DNA of 64,000 nucleotides from Saccharofermentanales bacterium (GCA_050945495.1 JBMNTA010000004.1:10876-74875), one strand, 5' to 3'; shown: positions 18,867 to 28,913, counted from the stretch's first letter. Numbers and translations: made by a program. Notes: a model not told the origin generated them from the sequence alone.

Positions 18867-21180
18867 CGTATCCACCCCACAGTTCGTGCGCCTTGGCAAA
18901 GACGCGGTCGAGATCGAACGGCAATTGACGAATGGCCCCCGGGTGACCCAGCGCCATGTTGACGGCGCTCGTCAGCGCACCCGCACCGGGCTCGGTCGCC
19001 GGTTCGCCGATGGAGCGTCCGCCGAACGCACTGCGCGGATCGGGGTGTTCGTCCAAGATCGGCAGGTTCGTATCGGGCACATCGAGCACGGTCGGCAGCA
19101 AATAATTTTCGAAGTTCAAATTCTTTAAGGCCCCCGTCTCGTCGTTGTGGCCCAAATCTTCGATCAGCGCCATGCCCTGCGCCATCGCGAGGCCGCCGTA
19201 CACTTGGCCCTTGACCATCGTCGGATTGATCGCCCGTCCGGGATCGTGGACGCCGACCATTTGAATGACCTCCACGGAACCGACGTCGAGGTCGACTTCG
19301 ACCTCGGCCGCATGGCAGGAGTACGTGTACGTATAGAAAGGTTCGCCGTATCCCTTCTCCTCATCCCAGTCCGTGATGGGCACGGTGTACGTGCCGGTCG
19401 CCATCGGCGTCAGATTGATCCGATACGCGATGCCGACGACCTCTTCAAAGGACAGATCGTGGCCGTCAAACGTGACGCGATTGTTTTCAAACACGACGTC
19501 GCCGATATCTTCGCCGTAGTCATGTTTGATCGCTTCGATCAGGATGTCGTGGATGCGTTCACAGGCATCGTGGATGGCGCCGCCGCCGAGCAGCGTGCCG
19601 CGCGAGGCGATGCACGCGCCCGTGACGGGCGCACGCGACGTGTCGGTCGCGCCCATGGTGACGCGATCCATGCTGACGCCCATGCCCTCCGCGGCCATCT
19701 GTTGCTGACAGGTGCGAAGCCCCTGCCCGATTTCAACCAGGCCCAAGTTGACGTGGACACTGGCGTCCTGCATCACTTCGATCAGGACACGGGCCACGTC
19801 GAAGCCGTTGCCGTCGGCACCGACACTGGCGCCGCGCATGCTGACGGCCAGGCCGACCCCGCGCCGTTTTCGGCGTTTCGGATCTTGATTTTCTTTTTTG
19901 TATTGTTCGTATTTGCGTTCGTAGTCGAGCGCTTCGACGGCCTTTTCCATCACGGACATGATGCTGACTTCGTGGAAGTCCAACACATGACCGGTCGGGC
20001 TGGTGTCGCCGTTTTTCAAGAGATTCTTGCGACGCAGTTCGAGGGGCGAGATGCCGAGTCGCTCAGCCAATTCGTCCATGGCGTTCTCCAAGGCGAAAAT
20101 CGCCTGAGGCGTCCCGAACCCGCGCATCGATCCCGTATGGTTGTTGTTCGTCAGAACGGCCAGCGCCGTGTAGTCGACGTTGTCGAGCCGATACGGCCCC
20201 GGGCCGAGCGTCGCGGTTTTGTACGCGACGGGCGGCGACATGTTGGTGTAGGCGCCGGCATCCGACACGGAGAACACGCGCATGGCTTTCAACGTGCCGT
20301 CCTTCATCGCACCGAGCTCAATCTCAAATTCGATGGGATGGCGCTTGTAACTTTCGCGAATGGATTCTTCGCGCGTGAGCGTGTACTGCGTGGGCCGCCC
20401 CGTCTTCAGGGCGATCAGGCCCGCGCGCACCGACATCGCTTCGGCCGTTTCGATTTTGCCGCCGAACGAGCCGCCGACCGTGCTCGGTCGGAAAATAATC
20501 TGCGACATCGGGATGTTCAATACGCGGTGAATCGAGATGCGCGCGTTGTACGGCGCCTGCATCGATCCCAAAATGGTCAGCTCCGGGCGCATGCGGCTCG
20601 GGATGGCCGTCACCGATTCGGGTTCGATGTACGCATGTTCCACAAAATCGGTTTTATAGCGCGTCTTGAGCACCACGTCGGACTCCGCCAACCCCTGCGC
20701 CGCATCGCCTTTGCGCGTATGCACTTCGCCGCAGATGTTGCGCGGATTCTTTTCATTGATGCGGAGATCGCTCTCCATGGCGGCGAGCGGCGAGCCGAGG
20801 ACCGGCAACGGCTCGTACTTGACTTTGACCCGTTCGGCCGCTTCGTTGGCTTGCTCTTGCGTGTCGGCGGCCACGATGGCGACCACGTCCCCCAAATAGC
20901 GGACGCGATCGTCGGCGATGGGATACTGGTCCACGAACAATTCGCCGATCATCAGCTCTCCGGGAATATCCTTCGACGTGACAACGCATGCCACCCCGGG
21001 CATCCGTTCTGCTTCCGTCGTGTCTATGGAAAGGATCTTGGCATGGGCGTATTCACTGTAGACGCCCTTGCAGTAGAGGAGGTCGGGGAGTCGAACATCG
21101 GCACCGAACTCCGCACGACCGGTCACTTTGGCCTGCGCATCAATCCTTTCAAAGGTCTTACCTATGGTGTGATTTGCCAT
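18859..21180 (-). CDS. molybdopterin-binding large subunit, xanthine dehydrogenase / aldehyde oxidoreductase family
   Basis: GGSFGGK motif, GFGTPQ, C-terminal RSIGEPATEPGAG with the catalytic Glu context. Confidence 0.9.
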   Translation of the reverse strand: MANHTIGKTFERIDAQAKVTGRAEFGADVRLPDLLYCKGVYSEYAHAKILSIDTTEAERMPGVACVVTSKDIPGELMIGELFVDQYPIADDRVRYLGDVVAIVAADTQEQANEAAERVKVKYEPLPVLGSPLAAMESDLRINEKNPRNICGEVHTRKGDAAQGLAESDVVLKTRYKTDFVEHAYIEPESVTAIPSRMRPELTILGSMQAPYNARISIHRVLNIPMSQIIFRPSTVGGSFGGKIETAEAMSVRAGLIALKTGRPTQYTLTREESIRESYKRHPIEFEIELGAMKDGTLKAMRVFSVSDAGAYTNMSPPVAYKTATLGPGPYRLDNVDYTALAVLTNNNHTGSMRGFGTPQAIFALENAMDELAERLGISPLELRRKNLLKNGDTSPTGHVLDFHEVSIMSVMEKAVEALDYERKYEQYKKENQDPKRRKRRGVGLAVSMRGASVGADGNGFDVARVLIEVMQDASVHVNLGLVEIGQGLRTCQQQMAAEGMGVSMDRVTMGATDTSRAPVTGACIASRGTLLGGGAIHDACERIHDILIEAIKHDYGEDIGDVVFENNRVTFDGHDLSFEEVVGIAYRINLTPMATGTYTVPITDWDEEKGYGEPFYTYTYSCHAAEVEVDLDVGSVEVIQMVGVHDPGRAINPTMVKGQVYGGLAMAQGMALIEDLGHNDETGALKNLNFENYLLPTVLDVPDTNLPILDEHPDPRSAFGGRSIGEPATEPGAGALTSAVNMALGHPGAIRQLPFDLDRVFAKAHELWGGYDD

Positions 21181-21224
21181 CTTATACCCCCTGAATAGGC
21201 TTTTATTACCTTGCGCGTGGTTTC

Positions 21225-21253
21225 ATTGTAACCGATTACATTGCAGCTGTCCA
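21225..21253 (-). promoter_or_regulatory. putative sigma-A promoter (TGGACA-17-TACAAT) of the hydroxylase genes, overlapped by operator TGTAATCGGTTACA (21227-21240)
   Basis: Read on the minus strand. The 14-bp TGTAA-N4-TTACA dyad overlaps the -10. A second copy of the dyad lies at 23764-23777. Confidence 0.5.
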
Positions 21254-21287
21254 TGGCCTTTTATACCAAAACGGATGCGTTTTATTG

Positions 21288-21320
21288 CACAAAAGACGCG
21301 CCCACTTCCGTGCGCGCGTC
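21288..21320 (-). terminator. possible intrinsic terminator/attenuator after the DPD-like gene
   Basis: Minus strand GACGCGC-12 nt loop-GCGCGTC followed by TTTTGTG. Confidence 0.45.
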
Positions 21321-21360
21321 ACCGCTTCGAACCCGGTCCCCGCCGCACGACGGGTTCCGA

Positions 21361-22479
21361 TTATCCGTCGAGCCGAAGTTTCAAGATCTCGCGCGGGCAG
21401 CGCGCGACACACAATCCGCACCCGTCACAGCGTTCGGGATCGACGACAATGCCCCGATCGTCGCTCCACGACACGGCGTCGGACAGGCAATGGCGGATGC
21501 ACCGCCGACAATCGTCGCGATCACATGACGCCGTCAACACGACCGTCTGCGGCAAGGCCACAATGTCTTCGAAGGCCCGCAACGACGCCAAGGCCTTGCC
21601 CCGGATGGCCCGGAAGCTGTCCAGATCGTGCGCTTCGAGCCATCGGTTAAGGTCATCGAGGATCCGCGTGATGACGCCGTAGCCTTCCAACTGAATGACG
21701 GACGCGAGCTGAACGGCCTTGGCCCCGAGCATGAGGTGCTCCAACACCGTCGTGTAATCGACGACCCCGCCGGAGCTTGCGACCTCCATGTTTGTATATT
21801 GATGCAACGCCGCCGTTGTGGCCAAAGCGATGGGGCGTATGTGGTGTCCCGTATAACCGCCGTACGTCGGCATGTGGCACGTCTGTGTCTCCAAATCCAC
21901 GCCTTCCAAGCCTTTGAGCGCATCGATGGCGCTGACGCCGCGAATGCCCGCACGCTCCAATTCACTCAGGAAATACGGCGAGGACGCCGCTTCATAGGAC
22001 AGTTTCACGGTCACCGGCACGTCGACGGCCCGCACCGCGGCCTGCACAAACGCATAGATGTCGGGCGAGTAATTCACGAGCAACGGGTTCCGCGCCCCGA
22101 TCGGGGCCGACAAACTGATTTCGATGCCGTCGGCGCCCATTTGCTCGACTTTGCGCGCCATATACGCGATTTCGGACGGCGTGGCACCCCAAATGCTGCC
22201 GATCACCTTCGCATCGCCCCGATCGATCTGCGGGAATTCCTCTTCCCATTCTTCCAAGTGCATTTTGGAATAGAGCATGATGTTGAAGAGCTCGTCCTCG
22301 GAGGCATACAGTCGGGGACTCAAGCGTGTCGCCGCCTCCAGCGAGATGGTCTCCGTAATGACGGCGGCCGCGCCCGCATCGATGCAACGCTGGATGCCGT
22401 CGGCGGATCCCGCCCACGGACCCGACGCCACAATGATGGGGTTTTTTAATTTCAATCCGATAAATTCAGTGGTCGACAT
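21361..22479 (-). CDS. dihydroorotate/dihydropyrimidine dehydrogenase-like flavoprotein (PreA/PyrD fold) with a C-terminal Cys-rich Fe-S domain
   Basis: LKNPIIVASGPW start typical of class 1 DHODH/DPD B. C-terminal CDRDDCRRCIRHC and CDGCGLCVARCP ferredoxin-type motifs. GAGGAAG RBS before ATG 22479. Confidence 0.85.
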   Translation of the reverse strand: MSTTEFIGLKLKNPIIVASGPWAGSADGIQRCIDAGAAAVITETISLEAATRLSPRLYASEDELFNIMLYSKMHLEEWEEEFPQIDRGDAKVIGSIWGATPSEIAYMARKVEQMGADGIEISLSAPIGARNPLLVNYSPDIYAFVQAAVRAVDVPVTVKLSYEAASSPYFLSELERAGIRGVSAIDALKGLEGVDLETQTCHMPTYGGYTGHHIRPIALATTAALHQYTNMEVASSGGVVDYTTVLEHLMLGAKAVQLASVIQLEGYGVITRILDDLNRWLEAHDLDSFRAIRGKALASLRAFEDIVALPQTVVLTASCDRDDCRRCIRHCLSDAVSWSDDRGIVVDPERCDGCGLCVARCPREILKLRLDG

Positions 22480-22505
22480 GGGGCTTCCTCGTTTCTTATG
22501 AGCCA

Positions 22506-23531
22506 TCAATCAAACAGTTCAAAAATATCGCTCTTGTTGCCGCACGATGCGCGGATTTTCAATTTGGGTTGCAGGATCAGCTCGTGCGTGATCGCGTCGT
22601 CGGATTCGCCTTTGTCGAGCCGATCGAACAAGAGGCGTGCGGCCGTCATGCCCAGCTTGGACGCCGGCATCTCGATGCTCGTGATCGCGGGCGTGACGAC
22701 CTTGCAGATGACCGAATCGTTGAAACACGCCAGTGCCATCTCGTCGGGAATCACGAGGCCCGCATCGCGTGCCGCCTTCAGCGCACCGATGGCCTGCAAG
22801 TCGTTTTCCGTCACAAAGGCCTCCGGCAGTTCATTCTTTTGAATCATCTTTTGCACGGCAAAGTAACCGCCCCGCGCATTCCCCGCTTCCGAGAAATAGA
22901 TCGTGCGCATGGGCACCTTGAGCTCCCGCGATGCCCGCTCGATGCCGGGCTCGACCAACAGCGACAGATGCGATGTGCGTTCATCCGACAGGATCCCGAG
23001 CACGTGGTGGCCGAGACGCCCGAGGTGACGCGCCATCCGATAGGCGGCTTCTTCAAAATCAAGGTAGACCAGCATATCGCACCCGCAGTCGCGGTTTTTG
23101 CCGATGTGCACTCGGGGGATCTCCATCGCGTCCAACTCGGGAATGTGCGACACATCCAATTTGGAATCCACGTGGATGATCCCGTCGACGTGGCGCATCT
23201 TCATGGTTTTCATGAATTCCAATTCCGCTTCGGGATCGCCGCCCGTCTGGCTCAAAATGACCACAAAGCCTTTGTTGTCGGCGACGGTTTCCACGCCGGA
23301 AATGATGTTGCGGTGTAAATCGGAATCGATGTCGGGGACCAGCAGCGCAATCGTCTTGGTGGTTCCGAGGTTTAAGCCGCGGGCGAGCCAGTTGGGCGTG
23401 TAGTCGTGAGCCTCCGTGATGGCAAGCACGCGCTCGCGCGTCTCCGGCAAGACACGCTCCGGATGATTGAAAACGCGTGAAACCGTTGCCACGGAAACGC
23501 CCGCGAGTTCAGCGATCTTTCGAATATTCAC
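22506..23531 (-). CDS. LacI-family transcriptional regulator
   Basis: N-terminal IRKIAELAGVSVATVSRVFN HTH followed by a periplasmic-binding-protein-like effector domain. Confidence 0.9.
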   Translation of the reverse strand: MNIRKIAELAGVSVATVSRVFNHPERVLPETRERVLAITEAHDYTPNWLARGLNLGTTKTIALLVPDIDSDLHRNIISGVETVADNKGFVVILSQTGGDPEAELEFMKTMKMRHVDGIIHVDSKLDVSHIPELDAMEIPRVHIGKNRDCGCDMLVYLDFEEAAYRMARHLGRLGHHVLGILSDERTSHLSLLVEPGIERASRELKVPMRTIYFSEAGNARGGYFAVQKMIQKNELPEAFVTENDLQAIGALKAARDAGLVIPDEMALACFNDSVICKVVTPAITSIEMPASKLGMTAARLLFDRLDKGESDDAITHELILQPKLKIRASCGNKSDIFELFD

Positions 23532-23717
23532 GCACGTCCTCCTTTGGCACCCTCCACCTGATCGAACTAATTATACATGACGGCGAACGCGCCACGCACA
23601 AAATTTTACCCGGATTTCACAAATCGACTCATAAGGCCGATGTGTCAAGCGTCCCGCACAAAGCGAAAAACACGGAAGGTCGGCCCGTTCGGCGTTTAAA
23701 TATTCGAAATCATTGCA

Positions 23718-23777
23718 TTGACAAGCCCCGCGTGCTTGTTATAAAGTGTCATTGTCCAACTGTTGTAAATAGTTACA
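23718..23777 (+). promoter_or_regulatory. permease promoter (TTGACA 23718-23723, 16-nt spacer, TGtTATAAA 23737-23745) and downstream operator TGTAAATAGTTACA (23764-23777)
   Basis: Hexamers and extended -10 read directly. The dyad shares TGTAA-N4-TTACA with the site at 21227-21240. Confidence 0.55.
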
Positions 23778-23826
23778 TCTTTTACACGGATGTACCCCAG
23801 AGACATGGGATTGAGGAGGAGTTTTC

Positions 23827-25098
23827 ATGACAAAGGACAAGAAGCAAGCGGAAGTCGTTGATATCGACTTTTCGTTGGAACCCGTGCCGCAGAAGGCTCG
23901 GAAAAACTTTTGGTCGATGTTTGTCATCATGCTCGGCTTTACCTTCTTTTCGGCAAGCATGAGCGTCGGTGCCACCATGGCCAACGGACTGAACTTGAGC
24001 AATTTCATTTGGGCGGTTCTGATCGGCGGCGTCATTCTCGGCGCCTACACCGGAGCCTTGGGCTACATCGGATGCGATACCGGCCTCAGCCTCGACTTGC
24101 TCGCTCACCGCTCGTTCGGAACGCTCGGATCGTATCTGCCGTCCGCACTGATTTCATTCACACAGATCGGCTGGTTCGGCGTCGGCTTGGCGATGTTCGC
24201 CTTCCCGGTCGCAGACCTGCTGCACATCCCCGTTTGGGTGCTGGTCGTGATTGCCGGCGTTCTGATGACGTCATCGGCCTACTTCGGCATCACGGGCTTG
24301 GAGATCGTCAGTTACGTCTCCGTGCCGCTCATCGCCATCCTGGGCATCTATTCGATGGTGACCGCCACCAACCAAGGCGGCGGACTCGTGGCCATTTTCG
24401 CCAAATCGCAAGGCCAGCTGTCCTTGTTCGCGGCCGTCGGCCTCGTCATCGGATCCTTTGTGTCCGGCGGCACGGCAACGCCCAACTTTGCCCGGTTTGC
24501 CAAGAACAATAAATCGGCCGTCGTCACCACGGTCATCGCCTTCTTCCTCGGCAACACGCTGATGTTCATGTTCGGCGCCGTCGGCGGTGCCTTCACCGGC
24601 CAGGAAGACATCTTCTACGTCATGATCGCGCAAGGCCTCGCCATTCCGGCCATCCTGGTCTTGGGCGCCAACATCTGGACCACCAACGACAATGCCCTTT
24701 ACACATCGGGGCTCGGCTTGTCGAACATCACCAAGGTTCGCAAAAAGCCCATGGTCATCATTGCCGGCATCATCGGCACGGCCGCAGCCGTGTGGCTTTA
24801 CAACAACTTCATCGGCTGGCTGAATTTCTTGAACGCGACGTTGCCGCCCGTCGGCGCCATCATCGTGCTCGACTACTTCCTGCGCCGTGAAAAATACAGA
24901 GATGCCAATGAACCGTTGGCGAAAGTCAACATCGCCGCCATCTTGGCCGTGGTCGCCGGCGCACTGGTCGGCAACTACGTCAAGTGGGGCATCAGCGCGA
25001 TCAACGCCATGGTCGTCGCGTGCCTCGTCTACTACATCGGTTCGAAGTTCTTTTCCAAGTTCTTGGTGATCCCGAATAAACCGAAAGCGAAAGCATAA
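23827..25098 (+). CDS. NCS1-family purine-cytosine (CodB-like) permease
   Basis: 12-TM protein with a CodB-like N-terminus (VPQKARKNFWSMFVIMLGFTFF). GAGGAGG RBS. Confidence 0.9.
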   Translation: MTKDKKQAEVVDIDFSLEPVPQKARKNFWSMFVIMLGFTFFSASMSVGATMANGLNLSNFIWAVLIGGVILGAYTGALGYIGCDTGLSLDLLAHRSFGTLGSYLPSALISFTQIGWFGVGLAMFAFPVADLLHIPVWVLVVIAGVLMTSSAYFGITGLEIVSYVSVPLIAILGIYSMVTATNQGGGLVAIFAKSQGQLSLFAAVGLVIGSFVSGGTATPNFARFAKNNKSAVVTTVIAFFLGNTLMFMFGAVGGAFTGQEDIFYVMIAQGLAIPAILVLGANIWTTNDNALYTSGLGLSNITKVRKKPMVIIAGIIGTAAAVWLYNNFIGWLNFLNATLPPVGAIIVLDYFLRREKYRDANEPLAKVNIAAILAVVAGALVGNYVKWGISAINAMVVACLVYYIGSKFFSKFLVIPNKPKAKA

Positions 25099-25111
25099 CT
25101 TCAATCAACAT

Positions 25112-25192
25112 GGCGGTCGGGCGCGGCCCGACCGCCCACCTTGCGTCATTCGTACATCCCCCGTCGTCATCGGCCGACGGGGGATTCTCTTT
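25112..25192 (+). terminator. two tandem GC-rich hairpins after the permease gene
   Basis: GGCGGTCGGGC-gcg-GCCCGACCGCC (25112-25136) and CCCCCGTCG-8 nt-CGACGGGGG followed by ATTCTCTTT (25158-25192). Confidence 0.5.
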
Positions 25193-25339
25193 GCCCGACA
25201 ACGGCATCGGCCGACGGCTCCGCGATCTTCGGGCGTTTTGGTACAATGTTAGCCGTAGCACGCGCCGCCCGATCGGGCGGCGGCAAAGATGAGGAGGAAC
25301 GCGCGGGCGCCATGAGGGTGCGCCCTTCGCTCGACCACA

Positions 25340-26383
25340 ATGAAAGAACGATTGGAAGCCATTCGCGCGGAAGCGCTGCAAGCGTTTGCCGAAGCCCCGT
25401 CTTCGGAAGCGCTCGACCATTTGCGCCAGGATTTTTTGGGCAAAAAAGGCCGCTTGACCGACGTCTTGAAAGGCCTCGGCCAATTGCCGCCGGAAGACCG
25501 CAAAACGTACGGCAAAATGGCCAACGACATCAAGCGGGAACTGAACGAGGCGCTGGAAGCGCAAAAGGATCGACTGCTTGAACAGGCGTCGTATTTTGCC
25601 GATCCCGTCGACGGCACCGTCCCCGGATTCGCCGTGGGCCGCGGCGGGCTCCATCCCATCACGCAGATGTGTTACGACTTGAACGACGCGTTTTATTCCC
25701 TGAACTTTGAGCTCTACAGCGAGGATGAAGTGACGAGCGAATTGTACGCGTTTGACCATTTGAACTTTCCGCCGGATCACCCGGCCCGCGATACGATGGA
25801 CACGTATTGGATCGACGGCACCGAGGACCTGCGCGGCGTCGAGCGCCTGTGCCTGCGCCCGCACCTGACGGGCGGCAGCGTCCGCTATCTGCAAAAGCAC
25901 GGCGCCCCGGCACGTGTGATTTACCCCGGCAAGGTCTTTCGCAACGAAGCGACGGACGCCCGCCACGAGCGCGCGTTCTACCAATACGAAGCATTGATCG
26001 TCGATCGCGACTTCTCGTTCGCCTCCGGCCTCCTGCTGGTGCGCACCATCTTGGAGCGCGTGTTCGGCCGCGACGTGCCCGTCCGCATGCGTGCGGGCTT
26101 CTTCCCGTTCGTCGAACCCGGCTTTGAAATCGATATGGAGTGCCAAGTCTGTCACCACGAAGATCCCGACTGCCACGTCTGCCACGGCACGGGATGGATC
26201 GAGGTCATGCCGGGCGGCGCCCCGCACCCCAACGTGCTCCGCGCCGCGGGACTCGATCCCGACATCTGGAGCGGCTTTTACATCAACATCGGACTCGATC
26301 GCCTCGTCATGATGCGCTACGGCGTCGACGACGTCCGACTGTTCCACAGCGCCGACCTGCGCTTCCTCGAACAGTTTAAGTAA
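25340..26383 (+). CDS. pheS: phenylalanine--tRNA ligase alpha subunit
   Basis: N-terminal coiled coil LRQDFLGKKGRLT. Class II motifs FRNEATDARHERAFYQYE and GLDRLVMMRYG. Confidence 0.95.
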   Translation: MKERLEAIRAEALQAFAEAPSSEALDHLRQDFLGKKGRLTDVLKGLGQLPPEDRKTYGKMANDIKRELNEALEAQKDRLLEQASYFADPVDGTVPGFAVGRGGLHPITQMCYDLNDAFYSLNFELYSEDEVTSELYAFDHLNFPPDHPARDTMDTYWIDGTEDLRGVERLCLRPHLTGGSVRYLQKHGAPARVIYPGKVFRNEATDARHERAFYQYEALIVDRDFSFASGLLLVRTILERVFGRDVPVRMRAGFFPFVEPGFEIDMECQVCHHEDPDCHVCHGTGWIEVMPGGAPHPNVLRAAGLDPDIWSGFYINIGLDRLVMMRYGVDDVRLFHSADLRFLEQFK

Positions 26384-26439
26384 GCTTTTTACCGCGTTCG
26401 CACCGCGAACCGTTTCATCGATATCAAGAGGAGTCAATC

Positions 26440-28872
26440 ATGAAAGTCTCACTGCAATGGATCCGCGATTACGTCGATTTGCCCGCCGATCTCACGGCCG
26501 AGCAACTCGCCTCGGACCTCACCCTCCGCACGGTCGAAGTCGAAGCGATCGAGAACCCGGCCGACCGGGTCGAGGGCATCATCGTCGGCCAAATCGACAC
26601 CGTCTCCGAACACCCGAAAGCCGACCGCCTGCGCGTTTGCACGGTCGACATCGGACGCGACCGCCACTACCAGATCGTCTGCGGCGGCAGCAACCTGTAC
26701 GACGGCGAACTCGTCGCCGTCGCCCCGCCGGGATCATGGGTGCGCTGGCACGGCGAAGGCGAGCCCGTCGAATTGACCTCAACGAAGCTGCGCGGCGTGC
26801 TGAGCGAGGGCATGATCTGCGGGTCGGATGAGATCTGCCTGGAGGCGCTGTTGCCGAAACACTCGGAGGCCGAAATCGTCGACTTGACCGCGTTGTTTCC
26901 CGATGCCGCCCCCGGCGCCCCGATCGCCGACGTACTGGGTCTCGACGACCTCATCATTGAAATCGACAACAAATCGATGACGAATCGCCCCGACTTGTGG
27001 GGCCATTACGGCATCGCGCGGGAACTCGCGGCGATCTACGGCACGGCGCTGAAACCGTTGCCCGCGTTCACGTGCCCCGAACACGTCGACGACTACGCGG
27101 TGCGGATCGAGGCCCCGGAGCGCTGCCTGCGTTACGACGCCGTCATCTTCGAACCCGTGCAATTGAAGCCCGCCCCGTTCTGGATGCAACGCCGCATCTG
27201 GTCGGTCGGCATGCGCCCGATCAATGCCTTGGTCGACATCACCAACTACGTGATGCTCGCCACCGGTCAACCGACGCACGGATTCGACCGCGCGCACGTC
27301 GAACGCGGCATTTCGGTGCGCGAGGCACGCGCGGGCGAACAGCTCACGCTGTTGGACGGCCACGTCCTGGACCTCGACCCCTCCGACCTGTTGATTTGCG
27401 ACATCGCCGGCAAACCGATCGGACTTGCCGGCGTCATGGGCGGAGCCGCCGATTCGATTCTCCCCGAGACGGAAGGCCTCGTTTTGGAAATTGCCAACTT
27501 TACGCCGAAAAGCATCCGCCGCACGGCGGGACGCCACATGATTCGCACCGAAGCGTCGGCGCGGTTCGAAAAATCGCTCGACACCCAACGCTGTGATGAC
27601 GCGCTGGGCCTCGCGCAAGCCTTGTTTGCCGAGATCGTCCCGGAAGCGAAAATCGTTGCGACCGGTCGGTCGCACATCCGCACGACGGCGCCGATCGAGA
27701 TCCCGGTCTCGCTCCGTTTCCTGAACGTTCGCTCCGGCCACACCCTCACGTGGGACGACGTGAAGGAGGTCTTGATCCCCCTGGGGTTTGACGTGACGTT
27801 CGACGGCGACGACACCCTCACCGTCGGCGTGCCGAGCTGGCGCGCGACGGGCGATGTCGACATCCGCGACGATATTCTCGAAGAAGTCTGCCGCATGATC
27901 GGGTACGACGCCTTCGACTTCGTTCCGCCGACCGTGCAACTCGCGTCGGCCGTCCGCCAACGCGACGTCGAGGCGGAGCGCGCTTTGCGCGAATATTTGG
28001 CGTTCCGCGCGGGGCTACAGGAAGTCTTCGGATATCCGTGGGCGGCCGATCTTTTCCGCCATCTCGTGGGCGAAGACGACGCGCAATGCATCCGCCTGGC
28101 CACGCCGCCGGCGCCCGACCGCGCCTGTTTGCGCGCCTCGATTTTGTCGGGGCTTCTGGAAGCCGTGGCGGAAAATTCACGGTATTACGAGGCGTTCGGT
28201 CTCTTTGAATTGGCCCAAGTCCATCGCGCGGGCGAAACGCACCCGAGCACGCCGGAAGAGACGCTGCCGATTCAGCGCCGTCATCTGGGCATGGCCGTCG
28301 CCGGCCCCTCGGCCGACGATCTGTTCCGAAAGATGAAGGGCATCTTGGCGGCGGCGCCCCGCTTTGCGGGCGTCCGACCGCTGACGTTCGATGTTGTCGG
28401 CGAGCGCCCCGTGTGGGCCGATCGCAACGCCTGGCTCGCAATCCTCGGCGAGGACGACACGGTCATCGGGCACATGGGCATCGCTTCGCCCAAGACCATC
28501 GCCGAGAGCGGCACGCGCAACGTATGCGTTGCCATGGCCGAGCTCGACGTCGAATGCCTCACGCCCTTGGCGAGCCGCGACAATCGCTTCGAGCATGTGC
28601 CGCAATTCCCCTTGGTCGAGCAAGACTTGTCGATCGTGGTCGACGAGGACAAAACGTGGGGCGAAATCGAGGCGGCCATCGAGGGGTACGTGCGTCGCTC
28701 CGAATTCGTCGAGGCGTACCGCGGCGATCAGGTGCCGGCGGGCAAAAAATCGATCATGTTCCGATTCTGGCTCGGCTCCGACGAGGGCACCCTGTCCGCC
28801 GAGGCCATCGAGCGCGAGCGCATGCGCTTGATCAAGAAGCTGCATTATACGCAGGGCGCGGAGATGCGCTAG
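26440..28872 (+). CDS. pheT: phenylalanine--tRNA ligase beta subunit
   Basis: MKVSLQWIRDYVD start, tRNA-binding domain (HPKADRLRVCTVDIG), B3/4, B5 and FDX-ACB-like C-terminus. About 810 aa. Confidence 0.95.
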   Translation: MKVSLQWIRDYVDLPADLTAEQLASDLTLRTVEVEAIENPADRVEGIIVGQIDTVSEHPKADRLRVCTVDIGRDRHYQIVCGGSNLYDGELVAVAPPGSWVRWHGEGEPVELTSTKLRGVLSEGMICGSDEICLEALLPKHSEAEIVDLTALFPDAAPGAPIADVLGLDDLIIEIDNKSMTNRPDLWGHYGIARELAAIYGTALKPLPAFTCPEHVDDYAVRIEAPERCLRYDAVIFEPVQLKPAPFWMQRRIWSVGMRPINALVDITNYVMLATGQPTHGFDRAHVERGISVREARAGEQLTLLDGHVLDLDPSDLLICDIAGKPIGLAGVMGGAADSILPETEGLVLEIANFTPKSIRRTAGRHMIRTEASARFEKSLDTQRCDDALGLAQALFAEIVPEAKIVATGRSHIRTTAPIEIPVSLRFLNVRSGHTLTWDDVKEVLIPLGFDVTFDGDDTLTVGVPSWRATGDVDIRDDILEEVCRMIGYDAFDFVPPTVQLASAVRQRDVEAERALREYLAFRAGLQEVFGYPWAADLFRHLVGEDDAQCIRLATPPAPDRACLRASILSGLLEAVAENSRYYEAFGLFELAQVHRAGETHPSTPEETLPIQRRHLGMAVAGPSADDLFRKMKGILAAAPRFAGVRPLTFDVVGERPVWADRNAWLAILGEDDTVIGHMGIASPKTIAESGTRNVCVAMAELDVECLTPLASRDNRFEHVPQFPLVEQDLSIVVDEDKTWGEIEAAIEGYVRRSEFVEAYRGDQVPAGKKSIMFRFWLGSDEGTLSAEAIERERMRLIKKLHYTQGAEMR

Positions 28873-28885
28873 GCAATTCGCACAG

Positions 28886-28913
28886 AAAAACCGGGCCTTG
28901 GCCCGGCTTTTTT
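28886..28913 (+). terminator. intrinsic terminator after pheT
   Basis: AAAAA-CCGGGC-cttg-GCCCGG-C-TTTTTT. Confidence 0.8.

Noticed and set aside
25099-25339. Possible T-box or leader-peptide attenuator upstream of pheS
   Set aside because: The stretch between the putative promoter (TGGTACAAT near 25237-25245) and ATG 25340 is only about 90 nt. It has hairpins but no specifier-loop/T-box sequence (only a weak GGGTG resemblance). The small ORF MRRNARAP contains no Phe codons.
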